Shown here: positions 50,990 to 64,000 of the stretch, one piece after another
Layout: the number at the start of each line of letters is the position of its first letter
Position numbering within the stretch: the first letter of the stretch is position 1
NCBI GenBank assembly: GCA_051362555.1
Contig: CM120645.1
Span: forward strand, 4,588,001-4,652,000
Length of the DNA stretch: 64,000 bases
From: Lingula anatina
Lineage: Eukaryota > Animalia > Brachiopoda
Direction of reading: 5' to 3'
Notes under the pieces: model-generated
Told to the model about the DNA's origin: nothing
Databases searched by the model: none
Seen by the model: only the letters and a program-made list of their open reading frames with translations
Made by a program: the position numbers and the translations under genes

Positions 50990-52200
50990 GCTACCAGCGC
51001 TCTCAAGTGGCAGAGCATTCCTTGGGTTAAGTTTTTAGAGTTCAATCTGGAATAACATTCCAGGCATCAGTCAAAATCTGTCCAATTAGGTCCAGTTTTG
51101 TTGTAGGACATGTAGGACATTGGGTGCATTCCCAGAGATTTAGATCGATCCAGAGATTTAGATTTAGATCGACCTAACTCCCTGGGGTTCACGCTAAATT
51201 GCAGTCAGCCGAGCGCGCACCATAGTTAATTACCCCCTTACAGCTTTTAGTAGGCGGGACAGACGCTTAAGCCGGCTAAGCTGACAGTAAACTAGTGAGA
51301 CTCCCCACAGGGATAGATCGATCTAAAATCTATGGGGATGGGGTCATTGATTCGGCGAGTAATGGCCTACCCACATATTGTCTATGTGGTTCAAATATGG
51401 CGATTTTGATGACCAAGGTAGCTGCTGATTCCCTTGGTTCTGTAAGTAATCTGCTATTAAATGTGCTGTGTGTGAGCAATCTCATCGTGCAACCTAAAAT
51501 TGTTCTTAAGTCCCCCCCTATCAAATGATAGTCAAGTGGTTCCCAGATTATTCCTTTATTTGATCTGGTTCAGGTTTTCGTCGATGGCTACCATTGGTGT
51601 TTTGGCACCAATGTGGTATCCACCCCAAATACTGACGCTGTTAATGACCTCAGTCACTTTAGACGCGGCACACGCTCCGTCGTTGGCCTCTTCTGGATGT
51701 CTGTAAATTCTGTTTTGACTAATTGAGCGGTACAGGTGAAATCTGACCTTAATAAAGAAAGCCACGAGGTTTCAGTGTTCAACCCAGAAACGGTCAAGGT
51801 CCCCAATTCATTAGAGAAACATACAACGATGTTTTGCTGTTTACAGTGGGTTCCTCGGAGGTCGTCTGGTATTCTAACCTGCTAAAACCAGTTTGGTGTT
51901 CGTTAAGGGCCTTGAAAAATGCGTTTTGGTGGCAATTTACCCCTCATTCTGAACGGACTGGGTGGTTTTTGTTTAGTTGCAAGAGCATATCCCGAAAGAC
52001 AGTGGGTCCTGTACCCTGGTGGTACGATTTCAATATATTTGGTGTGGCCTCTGTGTAGGTACATCAGTCTGGGTAATACTCTATAAGACTGTGCGGACAG
52101 TTTCGTTTGGCGCAATTATCTGGTTGGCTATGTCTGTCTTTTTCGCGCCATTCTGCCACAGATTAACAAATTTGTACAGCACTGCATAGCTCATTTTACA
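50990..52200 (-). pseudogene. Decayed Tc1-type transposase, interrupted by a small MITE
   Basis: VSIWGG..KTPMVAIDENLN and SKSPYLNHIDNMW (cf. SPDLNPIENxW); many stops. Confidence 0.7.
51127..51340. mobile_element. ~210-bp MITE-like inverted repeat
   Basis: ccca(g/t)agattt(t)agatcga.ct.. inverted ends. Confidence 0.55.
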
Positions 52201-52633
52201 CACTGCAAAACCGACCACTTGAATTCAGAAATTCAAATTCTTCTATGCAGTAGTTGCCGACATATGGATTTTTTTGACAGAACCATGCTTTGCCAAAGCC
52301 AAGCTTTGACCTCCCCAAAGGAGCACTACCCAATTAAATCACTGCATATTACATAATGCAGCAGCGCAACACACCTGGTGTTCAGTTAATCGGTAGCGAC
52401 ACACCTGACTACACACTTCTCCATTCACATATCTTATGTATCACTGTATCAGGTAACGCACTTCATTATAGAAAAAACGCTCATTATAACGCGAAGATTT
52501 GGATTTTTCATTTGAACTATAGGCCTATATCTATACGTACAGAAAGAAACCGTCAAATTTAAGAAGTGCTCAACGTTGCGCAATCGGAAGCTATTGTTCC
52601 TTTGTTTCCTTTGTTACCCGAACAATAGACACA

Positions 52634-55276
52634 ATGGCATCTAATAACCCCAGCGAAAACGGACAAGGCGGACAAAGGACCTTAGACAAAGTCCCGAAGA
52701 AAATGCTGCAACTACAGATCAACTCGACTCCCGCATATATACGGCAAAGCAATGCCAGTGGGAAAAGACCACAAAAGAAGAAAAGAACAAGATCAAACAG
52801 CATGGACTTAACAGAAAACTTTACGGTAGACGAACTACGATCCATCCAAGCTACTCTAGCAGAGATTAAAAGTGAAATGATAAGAAAATCTGACGTTAAG
52901 GAAATCATTGCCCAAATGAAAATGAAATCAAGCAGGAGGTGAAGGAGGATATTAAACAAGAAATGCAGCAATACTTGACTGATAGACTCAGCCTCCTGAG
53001 CAAGAAAATAAATGCCCTATATCTGGAAAACGAATCCCTGCGTGAGAAACTCTCCAAACAAATCAGTGACACAAGGAAGTCTCTTGACAACCTAAAAGAA
53101 ACCAGCCATTTGGCGAAAACAGCTGTGAAAATGGCAAACCACAACCAGCAGTATTCGCAGAAAAACAACATTAAGTTTTTAAACTGGCCGGAAAAACCAA
53201 AAGAAAAACCTGAGGAGAGAACTCTGCCGCATCCTGAAGGAAAAGGTGAATGTGGACATAGGCCCGCCTCAATACTGGGAATCCATAGAATATCAGGTAA
53301 CACCGGTGGCGCAAGACCCGTTATAGCCAAATTCGTTAACACCGAGGAAAAAACGAAAGTTATCAAGCATAGACAAGCGCTGAAAAGTAACTTTATAATG
53401 TTCGATCACATTTCTCAGAAAAATGCTGAGTTGATCAAAATTCTAAAAGGTAAAGAAGCTGTACATTCAGCCTGGTACTTCAATGGCAGAATATGGCAGA
53501 ATATTTTCCTTCTATGAGACAATAAAACAACTATATCAAAATGATGTAAACATTGAGAACCTCTGGTCATACTTCAAATCAACTTTACTGACAGAGATAG
53601 AAACTCATATCCCATCTCGTGTATCTAAACAACGAAATTCTCCACCATGGCTAAACCACACGCTTCGTAAAATGTTTCAACGAAAATGCCGCTTATATCG
53701 ACAAGCAAAGAAGACAGGAAATTGGAATAACTATCGTTACTTCCAACGTGAATGCAAAAGAGCATACCGGCGCGCTGAGTTGTCATACGTAAATAATACC
53801 ATACAAGAAGGACTAGCTAACAACAACTCTAAGCCTTTCTGGAGATATGTCAAATCTAAAAAACAGGATAATGTTGGAGTTTCGCCACTCAAAAAGAAAG
53901 GCAAACTATTCAGTGACGGTAAATCGAAAGCTGACATCCTTGTGGAACAGTTAAGTTCAGTGTTCACCCGGAATTCACCCTCTACCATGCCATCGGTAAA
54001 TAGATCTTGTGCTACAAAAATTTCTGATATCATCATCACTGAGGAGGGTGTCTTAAAAATACTAAAGAACATCAAAACTACTAAGGCACCAGGGCCTGAT
54101 TCTATTCCAAACTGCGTCTTGAAAGAATGTGCAACCGTCCTCGCCCCAAGTATCACACTACTCTAACAAAAGTCAATCGATACTGGGAGTCTACCTCGTG
54201 ACAGGACTAATGCAAACATAGCACCAATATTCAAAAAAGGTGATCGTCATCTACCTGAAAACTATCGCCCAGTATCTCTGACATCTGTACTTAGTAAACT
54301 GTTAGAACATATTGTATGTCACCATATGTTGCAATACTTTGAACAAAACAATATTTTGACTTCTCTAAACCATGGCTTTCGGCCAGGATATTCGTGTGAA
54401 ACCCAGCTAGCAGTGACATTAGATGACCTCACATCTAGCTTTGATCTAGGAATACAAACGGACATCGCTATACTAGATTTTTCTAAGGCGTTCGACACGG
54501 TACCTCATAACAAACTGCTTCATAAGTTACATGCCTATGGGATACGAGGCAAAATACACCGGTGGATTGCATCTTTCTTGTGTAATCGTCAAATGAAGGT
54601 AGTTGTTGAAGGCGAGAGTTCAAGAGAAGTGAATGTCGTGTCTGGAGTACCACAATGGACAGTACTAGGCCCTCTTCTCTTCCTTTGCCACATAAACGAC
54701 CTACCGGACTCTGTAAAATCCAAAGTACGCCTTTTCGCTGATGCTTGCTTACTATACAGGGAAATATCTTCGCAAAAAGACCATATTATTATTCAACAAG
54801 ACCTTGCAAGCTTAGAAAACTGCGGCTAACTTTTCTATTCAAGGTGGTTGAGGGGTTAGTTCCAGCGATACCCCTCGACACTTACTTCGTACCAGTCTCT
54901 AACAAACGTCGTATAAGGGCTAAATCTTTCACTGACTTTGACTCTGAAAACATTGTGAATAGTACTAATAATAGTCGCTGCTTTCGCTTACAACATTGTA
55001 AAACACTCGTCAGAAAAAACTCTTTCTGCGTCAGAACAGTTTCCGATTGGAATGGACTCAGTGACCAACAAGTAAACGCCGAAACTGTTGAAAGCTTTAG
55101 ATCAGGACTACTATTTGACTAAATTTCCCATGCGCTCTCTTCTACCCGTCTACTTCATACCAGTATTGGTGTCTCTAGACGTGGACAGATACAGATACAG
55201 ATTTGCCATAAGAAATGACGGTCGCCGATATACATTCGACATATTCGACGATATTGACACCAAATTAAAACAATAA
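52634..55276 (+). pseudogene. LINE ORF1 (coiled coil and RNA-binding-like part); frameshift at ~52930; split by the CR1 insertion
   Basis: QQYSQKNNIKF, IHRI..RPVIAKF. SAWYFNGRI (to ~53492) rejoins FAIRNDGRRYTFDIFDDIDTKLKQ* (55202-55276). Confidence 0.85.
53503..55200 (+). mobile_element. 5'-truncated, internally deleted CR1-type LINE nested in ORF1
   Basis: KPFWRYVK, KAPGPDSI, NYRPVSLTS, LDFSKAFDTVPH and SGVPQ(W)TVLGPLLF. Catalytic FADD is mutated to FADA; a stop at 54166; (gataca)n tail. Confidence 0.88.
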
Positions 55277-55715
55277 GCCTGAAAATGAACTTAATACGGA
55301 CACTGAAATTTTGGACAATAAAAATCAATGTAAAACTGAAAGTAGTTATAAACAGCAGAGCGGTAACTGTTAGCTAGCCGCTCTAGCATCAAATTATTAT
55401 TATCATTATTATTATCATTATTTTTTTTAGTTATTAGTACTATTCTGTGTATGTGTGTGTTTTCGATAGTTTGTCTTGGTGTGTATGTCAATTCTGGTAG
55501 AATGAGTACAAGTGGTCTATTGTATGCGTGGGTGGATGGAAGTGAATTTGATAATGCATTATATAGTATACTGTATAACCGATATATATGTAGTTAAGTT
55601 ATCCCTATTAGTTTGCAACAACGAAACACTTAGATTTGATACCTCAGTACGATTGCTTTACCTACACTTAGAATATGACTGTGCGATGTAAATTTATTTT
55701 CTGTCGTATATACAT

Positions 55716-58700
55716 ATGCGGCAGAAACCTGCTAGATATACACAGATCAAATCAAATATTAAAATGTGCTCAGTAAATTGTAGGGGCCTTGGGGACCGAA
55801 ATAAGCGGTTAGATGTGTTCAATTTCTTGCGGAAGAAATCCTTTTCCATCTACTGTTTACAAGATACTCATAGTACATTATCTATGGAAAAATATATAGC
55901 AGCTGAATGGGGTTTTAAATGCTTTTTCAGTCATGGAACCTCTAATTCAAGAGGAGTTGCAATACTGGTTAACTATAATTTTGAATATAAAATTAAGGAG
56001 GTTGAGAAAGACACTAGCGGAAACTTTATTGCTCTTAGTATGATAGTAGATGAAAAAGACATTTCACTCATAAATCTGTATGGTCCCAATAATGATTCAC
56101 CTGAATTTTTCTTAAAAATACACAAGATAATAATGAATTTTGGAAATCAGGATCATATTATCTGTGGGGACTTTAACTTAGTATTAAACCAAGAGAAGGA
56201 CACATATAACTATAAACATAAAAATAGCCCCAAGGCCTCTAATCAACTTTATACCTTGATGGACTTACATAACTGGCACGACATATGGAGGGAAATGCAT
56301 GAGGAAGTTAGACAGTATACATGGCGGCAGCCTACGCCTTTTAAACAGGCATGGTTAGATTATATTATTGTTTCCACAACCATTACAAATTTTATCGAAG
56401 ATAGTCGGATTATTCTGGGTTAAAAGAGCGACCACTCCATTATTACTCTGGACTTACAGTTAAAAAGGCAATTTAAACACGGAAAAGGTTTTTGGAAATT
56501 CAATAACTCCCACTTATATGAAAGTGAGTATGCCGATATGGTAAAGCAGATAATCAATGAAACTATCTTAGAGTATGCAGCAGCGCCCTATAATAGAGAT
56601 TACATACTGAATATTGACAGGCAATCTTTACAGTTAACTATAAGCGATGGGCTATTTCTTGAAACTCTCTTAATGAAAATTAGGGGGAAAACGATTGCTT
56701 TTGGTGCTAGGATAAAAAAGAAAAGAGAGTCAGAGGAAAAACAAGTGGAAAACACTATAAACTACCTAGAGAATGATCTTAAAAATGAGGCCGAATTAGA
56801 CAAAAAAGAAGAAATTCTTGAAATGATAAATAAGGAAAAGATGAAACTGGAAAATATAAGAAAAATAAAAGTAAAAGGTATAATGATAAGATCAAAAGAA
56901 AGATGGATCGAATACGGAGAAAAACCATCAAAATACTTTTTAGCACTGGAAAATCGCAATTTTTCAAATAAGTCAATAACTAAACTGGTAACAGATAACG
57001 GAAATATTCTTACTGAACAAAATGAGATTCTCAAAGAAACCGCACGCTTTTACGAAAATTTATTTAAGAAACAAAATCACGAATCAGTTGACATAAAAAC
57101 TCGATTGGAAAATATTGAAACTCCAAAACTGACCGAAGCCGAAGCATCCTCGCTCGAAGGAAAGATAAACTACGCTGAACTCTATACAGTATTAAGACAA
57201 ACGAAAAATGAAAAGAGCCCAGGTACCGATGGGTTTACTTACGAATTTTTCAAATTCTTTTGGAAAGAACTGAATAGTTTTTTAATAAGATGTATAAACG
57301 AGGCATACGAAAAAGACAAACTACCTATAACTCTTACCCGGGGTATAATCGTCCTTCTACCAAAACATGATAAGCCTACCAACTCGTTAAAAAACCTAAG
57401 ACCGATATCACTACTTAATGTTGTGTATAAACTCGCCTCGGCATGTATAACGAATCGAATAAAGAAAGTATTACCAATATTAATAAATGAAGACCAAAAT
57501 GGGTTTATGGCGGGCAGATACATAGGTGAGAATACACGGACCATTTTCGACTTAATTGAATACTGTGACACACATGAAATACCAGGTCTGTTGATGCAAA
57601 TCGATTTTGCTAAGGCTTTCGATTCAATCGACTGGGGTTTTATCGAAAAAACCTTTGAATTCTTTGGCTTTGGAGAATCTATCATTAAATGGATAAAACT
57701 CTTCCTTAAAGAACCCTCTTCGTGTGTCTTGGTTAATGGTTTTGCCTCTTCTTTCTTCAATCTTTCTCGGGGTTGCCGTCAGGGGGATCCCATCTCCCCT
57801 TACCTTTTCATTCTTTGTGCTGAGATACTAAGTATCATGTTAAAAAATGAAATAGACGTAAAAGGCATTACAATACATAATCAAACTTTTCTCATCTCCC
57901 AGTATGCTGATGACACGACTATTGTGTTGGATGGGACTGAAAAAAGTTTAAGAAACACCCTAAAGGTTATAAATGAATTCTCACAATTTTCTGGACTACA
58001 AATGAACAATCAAAAAACTAAATTAAACTGGTTCGGAAGCAAGAAAGACTCACAAGAGAGCATGTGTAAAGAGTTGAATCTCGATTGGAATGAAGGTTTT
58101 TTCAGAATCCTTGAAATAGATTTCTCAGTAAATTTACATGAAATGATTGAGAAAAATTATAGAGAGAAACTCGAAGATATGGAAAGAATTATGAAACAAT
58201 GGACTCACCGATCGCTAACAGTTTTGGGGAGAAATGTAATTTTTAAATCACTGATCCTTCCAAAAATGACTCATTTATTTTCCACATTGCCAATACCAAG
58301 CAAATATGTAGACAAAATACAAAAAATGTGCTTTAATTTCATATGGAATGGAAATATTGAAAGAGTAAAACGAGATATAATGACACAGTCGTACTCAAAT
58401 GGAGGTATAAAAGTCCCCGATATTAGAAACTATATTGATTCCCTAAAAATTTCATGGCTCAGGAGAAACATGCACAAAAATTCAAAATGGTCTTTCTTTT
58501 TCCTTAGTCTGATCCCTGAAAGTAAGGGTGTACACTGGTCTGAAATGGGAATATCTGAAATGCAAAAAATTAAGAACGGATCAAAAAATGCTTTTTGGAA
58601 TCAGGTCATTGATTCATGGTGCAGACTGTTAAAGAATAAAAAGATTGATACAGTAGAAAATTTTTTAAAAGAATGTTTATGGCTAAATGATAAAATACTG

Positions 58701-59578
58701 ATAAAAAACAATCCTATTCTTATAAGAACCTGTAATAAAATAGGTATAAGAAACATAAATGACTTGATCGATACAGAGGGAAATTACCTCACATACGAAC
58801 AGTTCAAGGAAAGGCGCGGGAATATAATAAATTATGTTACGTTCACAAGTATACTATGCGCAGTAAAAAAAATTTCAAAAACAAATGAATATAGATAATT
58901 TACACGAAAAAATTGAGCTCCCTATAATTTCAACCCAACTTAAATGGTTATTAAAATTTACAAAAGGGGGGAAACCTTTTTACAATATTTTGAACTTAAA
59001 CGAAATGAAAAAGACTAATGCAATGTCAAAATGGGAACTCCTTTCTAAAGAACCTCTCACAGCTGAAGAGTGGAAAATCTTGAATAACATTCCTTTCCAA
59101 TGTACTTTAGATACTAAACTGCGCTGGTTTCAATTTAGAGTATCAAAAAGAATTTTAGCTACAAATAAATTTTTTACGAAAAATTGGGATAAAAGACACA
59201 AAGACCTGCTCCTTCTGTAACGAACACCCTGAAACTCTTCAACACTTATTTATTGAGTGCAAAATAATTGCTCCCCTTTGGGCAAAAATACAAGACTGGA
59301 TACAAGACTTAAAGACTGGACAAGTATTACAATTAACAGCATCTGATATAATTCTAGGAATTCCTAATTTGAAATGCAATGCGCTCAACAGTTTGCTGAT
59401 CATAACAAAATTTATTATATATAAATTTAAAATAAAAAACATTACCCCAAACATAGAAAATATTAAAACAGAATGGAGACAGGCCTACATCGCAGAGTGA
59501 AATGTAAGTCTGAGAAACATGACAATAGATAAATTTAAAGAAAAATGGAAAAAGCTGCAGCCTCTCTTCCTGGACTGA
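55716..59578 (+). pseudogene. LINE ORF2: APE endonuclease, reverse transcriptase, CCHC knuckle
   Basis: NCRGL, LQDTH, GDFN, SDH; KSPGTDG, DFAKAFD, GCRQGDPISP, QYADD; CSFC..ETLQHLFIEC. One stop at 56421 and frameshifts at ~58890 and ~59180. Confidence 0.95.
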
Positions 59579-59727
59579 TATCTTCTATCTGCGTATGTTC
59601 CCCTGCCGATATTTGATAGTAAAACACATATTTGTTTTTATCTGTATTAGATTATATTATTTATTAAGTATTATTAAGTATTTTACTATTAGGTTATCAA
59701 TATATCGTTGTTGACACATATTTTAAA

Positions 59728-59794
<67 letters not shown>

Positions 59795-60960
59795 GTGAGT
59801 GTCTCTTTGTGAGTGAGTGAGTGAGTGTGATTTTTATTTAGTTATTTATCAATTTTGTATTTTTTGTTGAGATCTGTACTTTTTAGAGATATGCAATAAA
59901 AAAAATTCACATATCTTATATGAGATCGGAGTTTTTTGAAAAAAGAACACATTTTTACCTAGGCATACCCTCGAAACTTAAGTATTCCATATTAAATGTC
60001 AAGTCTGTTTATAGATGGTTGTAGTTATCTTCTTATATATATATATTAATCTAAACCTTGGAAATTTTAACTTAAAGGCCATACATTTATACCCTACATA
60101 TATTTAGCCATCAAACATGTCCTACTGCTAAACACATCCAGGCTAATTTCCCGCTGGGTGGGGTTGATATAACATTGTTTTCTGACGTTGATACAACGTT
60201 GTTATCTGAGGTTGACACAACTTTCAAATCCAACGTTTATCCAATGTCTTCTCAACGTTATGGTTCAACGTTGTTTCAACGTTAAAACAACATAATTTGC
60301 CCGCTGGGAAGGGTCCCATATAGGTCCAACGTGGGCTAATGCAGGGGTTTTGCTACTACAGAGCCTTGAAATGCTATGTATGCACATAACAGTGACCCAT
60401 GAAATAGGCCTGTCCATATAAGAGACCCATCAGAAACCCAGACAAGACCACGGAGTTTAACCTCTGTCCTGATCTGCCCAATAACATCCGTTTTCAAGGG
60501 GGCTTTAATATATCTTTGATCTTTTAATAAAAAAAGAATATGTAATGATCTTTAATATTTCAGATTATTTGAGAAGAGGACAGTTGATTTCGAGCGCAGG
60601 CTGGGTGGTTAAGGTTCTGCATGCTGTTGATGTTACTGGATCTGGATATGTGGGGAGACTTGACCAAACCATGTCTATGTTTTACGGGGAATACATAATC
60701 CGGGTGTGTGAGTTTGTTTACTATGCATTTCGTAATTTTGAAAATTGTAGGTGATACTCCAGTTTCTTCATTTAATTTTGAACTCCGGTAAATATACCAG
60801 TCAGACAGGAAAATGCTTATTAATGTTGAAGAAGGGTTTTGGGAATTTACAACATACAAGAAATGTGTTTGTAATCCAGTTTGATGCAGAGTTATGTATG
60901 TATGTGTATTCTACAGCATTGCGTTTTTGGACCTTCATCACATAGGTGTTATGAATCCCA

Positions 60961-60992
60961 TCTTGGACATAATAACGTTGTTATGTCCAAGA
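60961..60992. repeat. 32-bp palindrome flanked by a 5-bp direct repeat
   Basis: tccca[tcttggacataataacgttgttatgtccaaga]tccca; one mismatch between the arms. Confidence 0.8.
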
Positions 60993-61376
60993 TCCCATTA
61001 GGGTGAAAGCTCTCAGGACACACTGCCATCTACAGACTTAACATTTAATATGGAACATTTCAGTTAAAACGTTACGGCTCTGTATTGTTTTTAATAAACT
61101 CTTATCTCATGAGATATGTGAATAGAGAAATGTGTAGTTAGGTATGAAACTATGTCTGTAGCACTCATGCATTAGGCAACATGCGTTTTGTCATTGAGTG
61201 GTGCTCTTTCGGCTGCTCCTTGTAGCGTGGTTCTGTTAAAAAAAGTCTCGTAAAGCCCTCACAGATGATTTTGAAAATTTTGCATACAAGTAGCCAGGTT
61301 AACGGTGCGTAAATTGAACGAAGCAGTGCGTCACAGCATTTTGCTCTGTGCCAGAATGGCGTTAAATGAGCAGTTA

Positions 61377-62410
61377 GGGGAGAAAGGGGCAGTTAGACAC
61401 TTTTGACCTTGTAGATCCAACTGGGAATGAGTTAGAGCAACAAAAGTGGTTTTAAAGTAAGCCCCATGAACTTAGCTACGTATGCAACGTCATTATTTTT
61501 TAATATAATGCCAGATGGCTCACTATTTGACGAAACACGCTCTTGACGTCAGGGGGGCTAACTGGCCCCTCGACCGGGCAAGTTGGCCCCCGGGTCGGGG
61601 CAAGTTGGCACCCTATACTTAAATGCAGTAAGTATCCCATGTAAACGTCATAAAATGCATTTTTAAACATTTTTGCTTTCTTAAATTGATTTTTGAGAGT
61701 CTTTGATGAATAAGTAGTCCAAATGAGGCAGATATATTGAGGTTTCTATATGTTACGTTGTATGTGTAGTAAGAACCAAAATATCTTTTAATTAAAATTG
61801 TTTTGTTTTAATCAAGAATAAGCTAATAATGGTATTAAGCAGGTTTTTAATGAATGAAAACTAATAATAAATTTTCGTTTTAAAAGAAACTAACAAATAC
61901 AAATACCAGTCTTAAACTGGTAATTATTTAACAAACCTTTGATTTTGCTTTAACAATGGTCTATAGCTCTGTTGCGTGCAAAGGATTGTGGTCTATATGA
62001 GGGTCCAACTTGCCCCGAGTCAAAGGGGCCGACTAGCCCCGGGTGCACATTTTTAATTCTAAAGGGTTGCAGCCATTTTGTTGCTAGAATGAACTACGAT
62101 GATGCTTTTCTGTGAAACTTGAAACAGTGAGCTTCAGTTTGATGCCCTATACATATGCTATATTCGATCAAAAGCCTATGAAAATAGATTTTAAAATCTC
62201 TTTAATAAAGTTAATTTAAGATGTAGAATTCTTTCATTTGGACTCGCCGCCTAAATAAAACTTTCTTACAGCCGATGCTTTCTTGGCATTATTGGATAAG
62301 GTCACTTTAAAATTTATGTGATCGATTTTTTTTACCCCGTAGTTACTTTTTCATAAATTGACGGGGGGGGGGGGGGGGGGGGGGGGGGTCCAACTTACCC
62401 CGGTCTCCCC
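61377..62410. mobile_element. TA-flanked non-autonomous Tc1/mariner-pogo-like element
   Basis: TIR ggggaga..gggg..agtt(a/g)gac with TA on both sides; internal inverted copies of gggcaagttggc. Confidence 0.7.
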
Positions 62411-62484
62411 TATTGCCTGATGGATTATTGTGTCTTTAGGGGACGATCTGCAAAGTGTTACAAAGGCATGCCCAAACTGGCTTA

Positions 62485-63004
62485 AGCCCCTATTTCACAC
62501 AGACCACGAATCCCACGAATGGCCATGAATTGACAAATTTCACGATTTGTGGTTGAATCGTAATCAGTTCGTGAAGTTCTTAGCAGATTCGTATATAATC
62601 GTAGTCAGTAATTGCAATTCTTGATCAATCGGGAATTCGTGGCACAAATTTTGAGCTGTTCAAAGTTTTGGCCACGAACTCCCGATTCCAAAACATCGTA
62701 GTGAATTTCTGGACAATATTCGTGCGATTCCAACCGAATCCCACGAATATTCGTAACACTATCGCACCTGTATCGTAACTGAATCGTAGAGCGTGTCGAA
62801 TTAGACCAGAAAATTGGCAAAATCTCACGATTCCAGCCGAATCCCACGAATATTCGTAACACTATCGTACCTGTATCGTAACTGAATCGTGAGCGTGTCG
62901 AATTAGACCAGAAAATTGGCAAAATCTCACGAATCCTCACGAATCCTGAAATTTGTCAATTCCTGGCGATTCGTGGGATTCGTGGTCTGTGTGAAATAGG
63001 GGCC
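62485..63004. mobile_element. PIF/Harbinger-like MITE
   Basis: TTA TSD; ~58-bp TIR gcccctatttcacacagaccacgaatcccacgaat..gaattgacaaatttca; internal ~105-bp tandem duplication. Confidence 0.88.
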
Positions 63005-63009
63005 TTACC

Positions 63010-63420
63010 TGGTCATAGCTCACGCTCAATGTATCTACAACTCACCACCAGGAAACAGGACCCATTGTTTTTATGGTTTTGCTGCTACAACTAAACAAAG
63101 GCAACCGGTTCCCTTCAGAGTGGTGGAAAGCTACCAGAAAGCGTTTTTCAAGACCCTTTGCAAATGCCAGGCCAGGCTGGTTTTAGCAGGTTACGGTCCC
63201 AGACGACGTCTGAGGAAGATACTGTGATTAGCACAACATCGTCTTCTATTTCTGAACAGAGTTGGGAACCATCAGTGGTTCTGGGCACAACATTGGTATC
63301 TCTGAATTCGATTATAGAGCAGAGGGTGCAATGCCTAATGCACTTGAACGACAATTAATCTCCAATGATTGGTTAGGTTCTTTGATGTACCAAGTGCTTA
63401 AAGGACAACTCAGTGGGTTA
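63010..63420 (+). pseudogene. Tc1-type transposase remnant related to 50990-52200
   Basis: ctggttttagcaggtta..ccagacgac..gaggaa matches the reverse complement of ~51830-51897. Confidence 0.55.
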
Positions 63421-63880
63421 GATTAATGTATAGAAGCAGGTTCTATGTAAAACTTTGATCAGATTTGTGTTTTGGGAGATTGTTTATTATTATATGAATA
63501 AGTCTGGGTCACAAAAGTCCTGTTAAGACAACTAGAATAAAGAATTAGAAAACGAAAACTATTTATCACGATTTCGGAGCACAGCCAGAAGTACTTCCGG
63601 CTGAAGGTCACGACCTCGATTTTCCCACGCTTACGACCAATCACAGCAGGCTTCAGTCAGAATTAGATAGACGTCACGACTACACAGCGAAACTTGTCAG
63701 ACATGTAAGTGCCGCCTGTCCATCTTTTCGGTACATGTACCGATCAAAAACAGAAAACGTAAAGCCCAAAACGCTCTTATACACGTAACCAACTTTGTAT
63801 GAGCACAAATATTGTCATTTATTGTGAACAGGATAATATGATAATCAGACACACTTGAGACCTGTGAAGCGCATACTCAC

Positions 63881-64000
63881 GTTTCGGAGTAGTTTCGCCA
63901 TTGCCTCGTATGTGAGTCCTAACTCAGCTTTAAGTGTCCTCCACCGCCCCACCTCCCTCCCAACATACACAGTCTGAGTGCTTCTTCGTCTGTCTCTAAT
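63881..64000 (-). other. Possible coding exon continuing beyond the window
   Basis: Open frame IRDRRRSTQTVYVGREVGRWRTLKAELGLTYEAMAKLLRN followed by a gtgagt donor. Confidence 0.4.

Larger units (their letters stand above)
52438..59904 (+). mobile_element. Full-length L1/Tx1-clade LINE
   Basis: 15-bp TSD attcacatatcttat (52423-52437, 59905-59919), aataaa plus A-tail, ORF1 and ORF2. Confidence 0.93.

Noticed and set aside
60590-60670. tRNA/SINE A-box-like gggtggttaagg
   Set aside because: No B box or cloverleaf is discernible.

Overview
AT-rich animal genomic DNA, probably lophotrochozoan/mollusc-like (inferred from the repeat types and the IAP), dominated by nested transposable elements. There are two host genes. 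(1) An IAP whose whole CDS is one exon (3xBIR-UBA-RING, 33934-35775, +); its RING has atypical residues at E2-contact positions. (2) A three-exon secreted gene (signal peptide, coiled coil, CTHRC1-like C-terminal domain, no collagen; 39980->37716, -) whose first exon is interrupted by a 317-bp TIR element. The left 25 kb resolves into a five-level nest with junction evidence at each level. A Gypsy pol 3' end is split by a 15.7-kb P-like element (perfect 31-bp TIRs, 7-bp TSD). That element holds a Helentron-type HINE. The HINE holds a second HINE family with a 146-bp satellite, a copy of itself, a piggyBac derivative, and a hAT derivative with another HINE in its intron. The right part holds a spacerless 276-bp foldback palindrome, a full HINE, decayed Tc1 transposases, several MITEs, and a full-length L1/Tx1-like LINE (15-bp TSD) with a CR1-type LINE inside ORF1. 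No rRNA, tRNA or CRISPR array was seen. Coordinates were read by eye (a few bp uncertain where noted), and superfamily labels rest on termini, TSDs and motifs, not on database searches.
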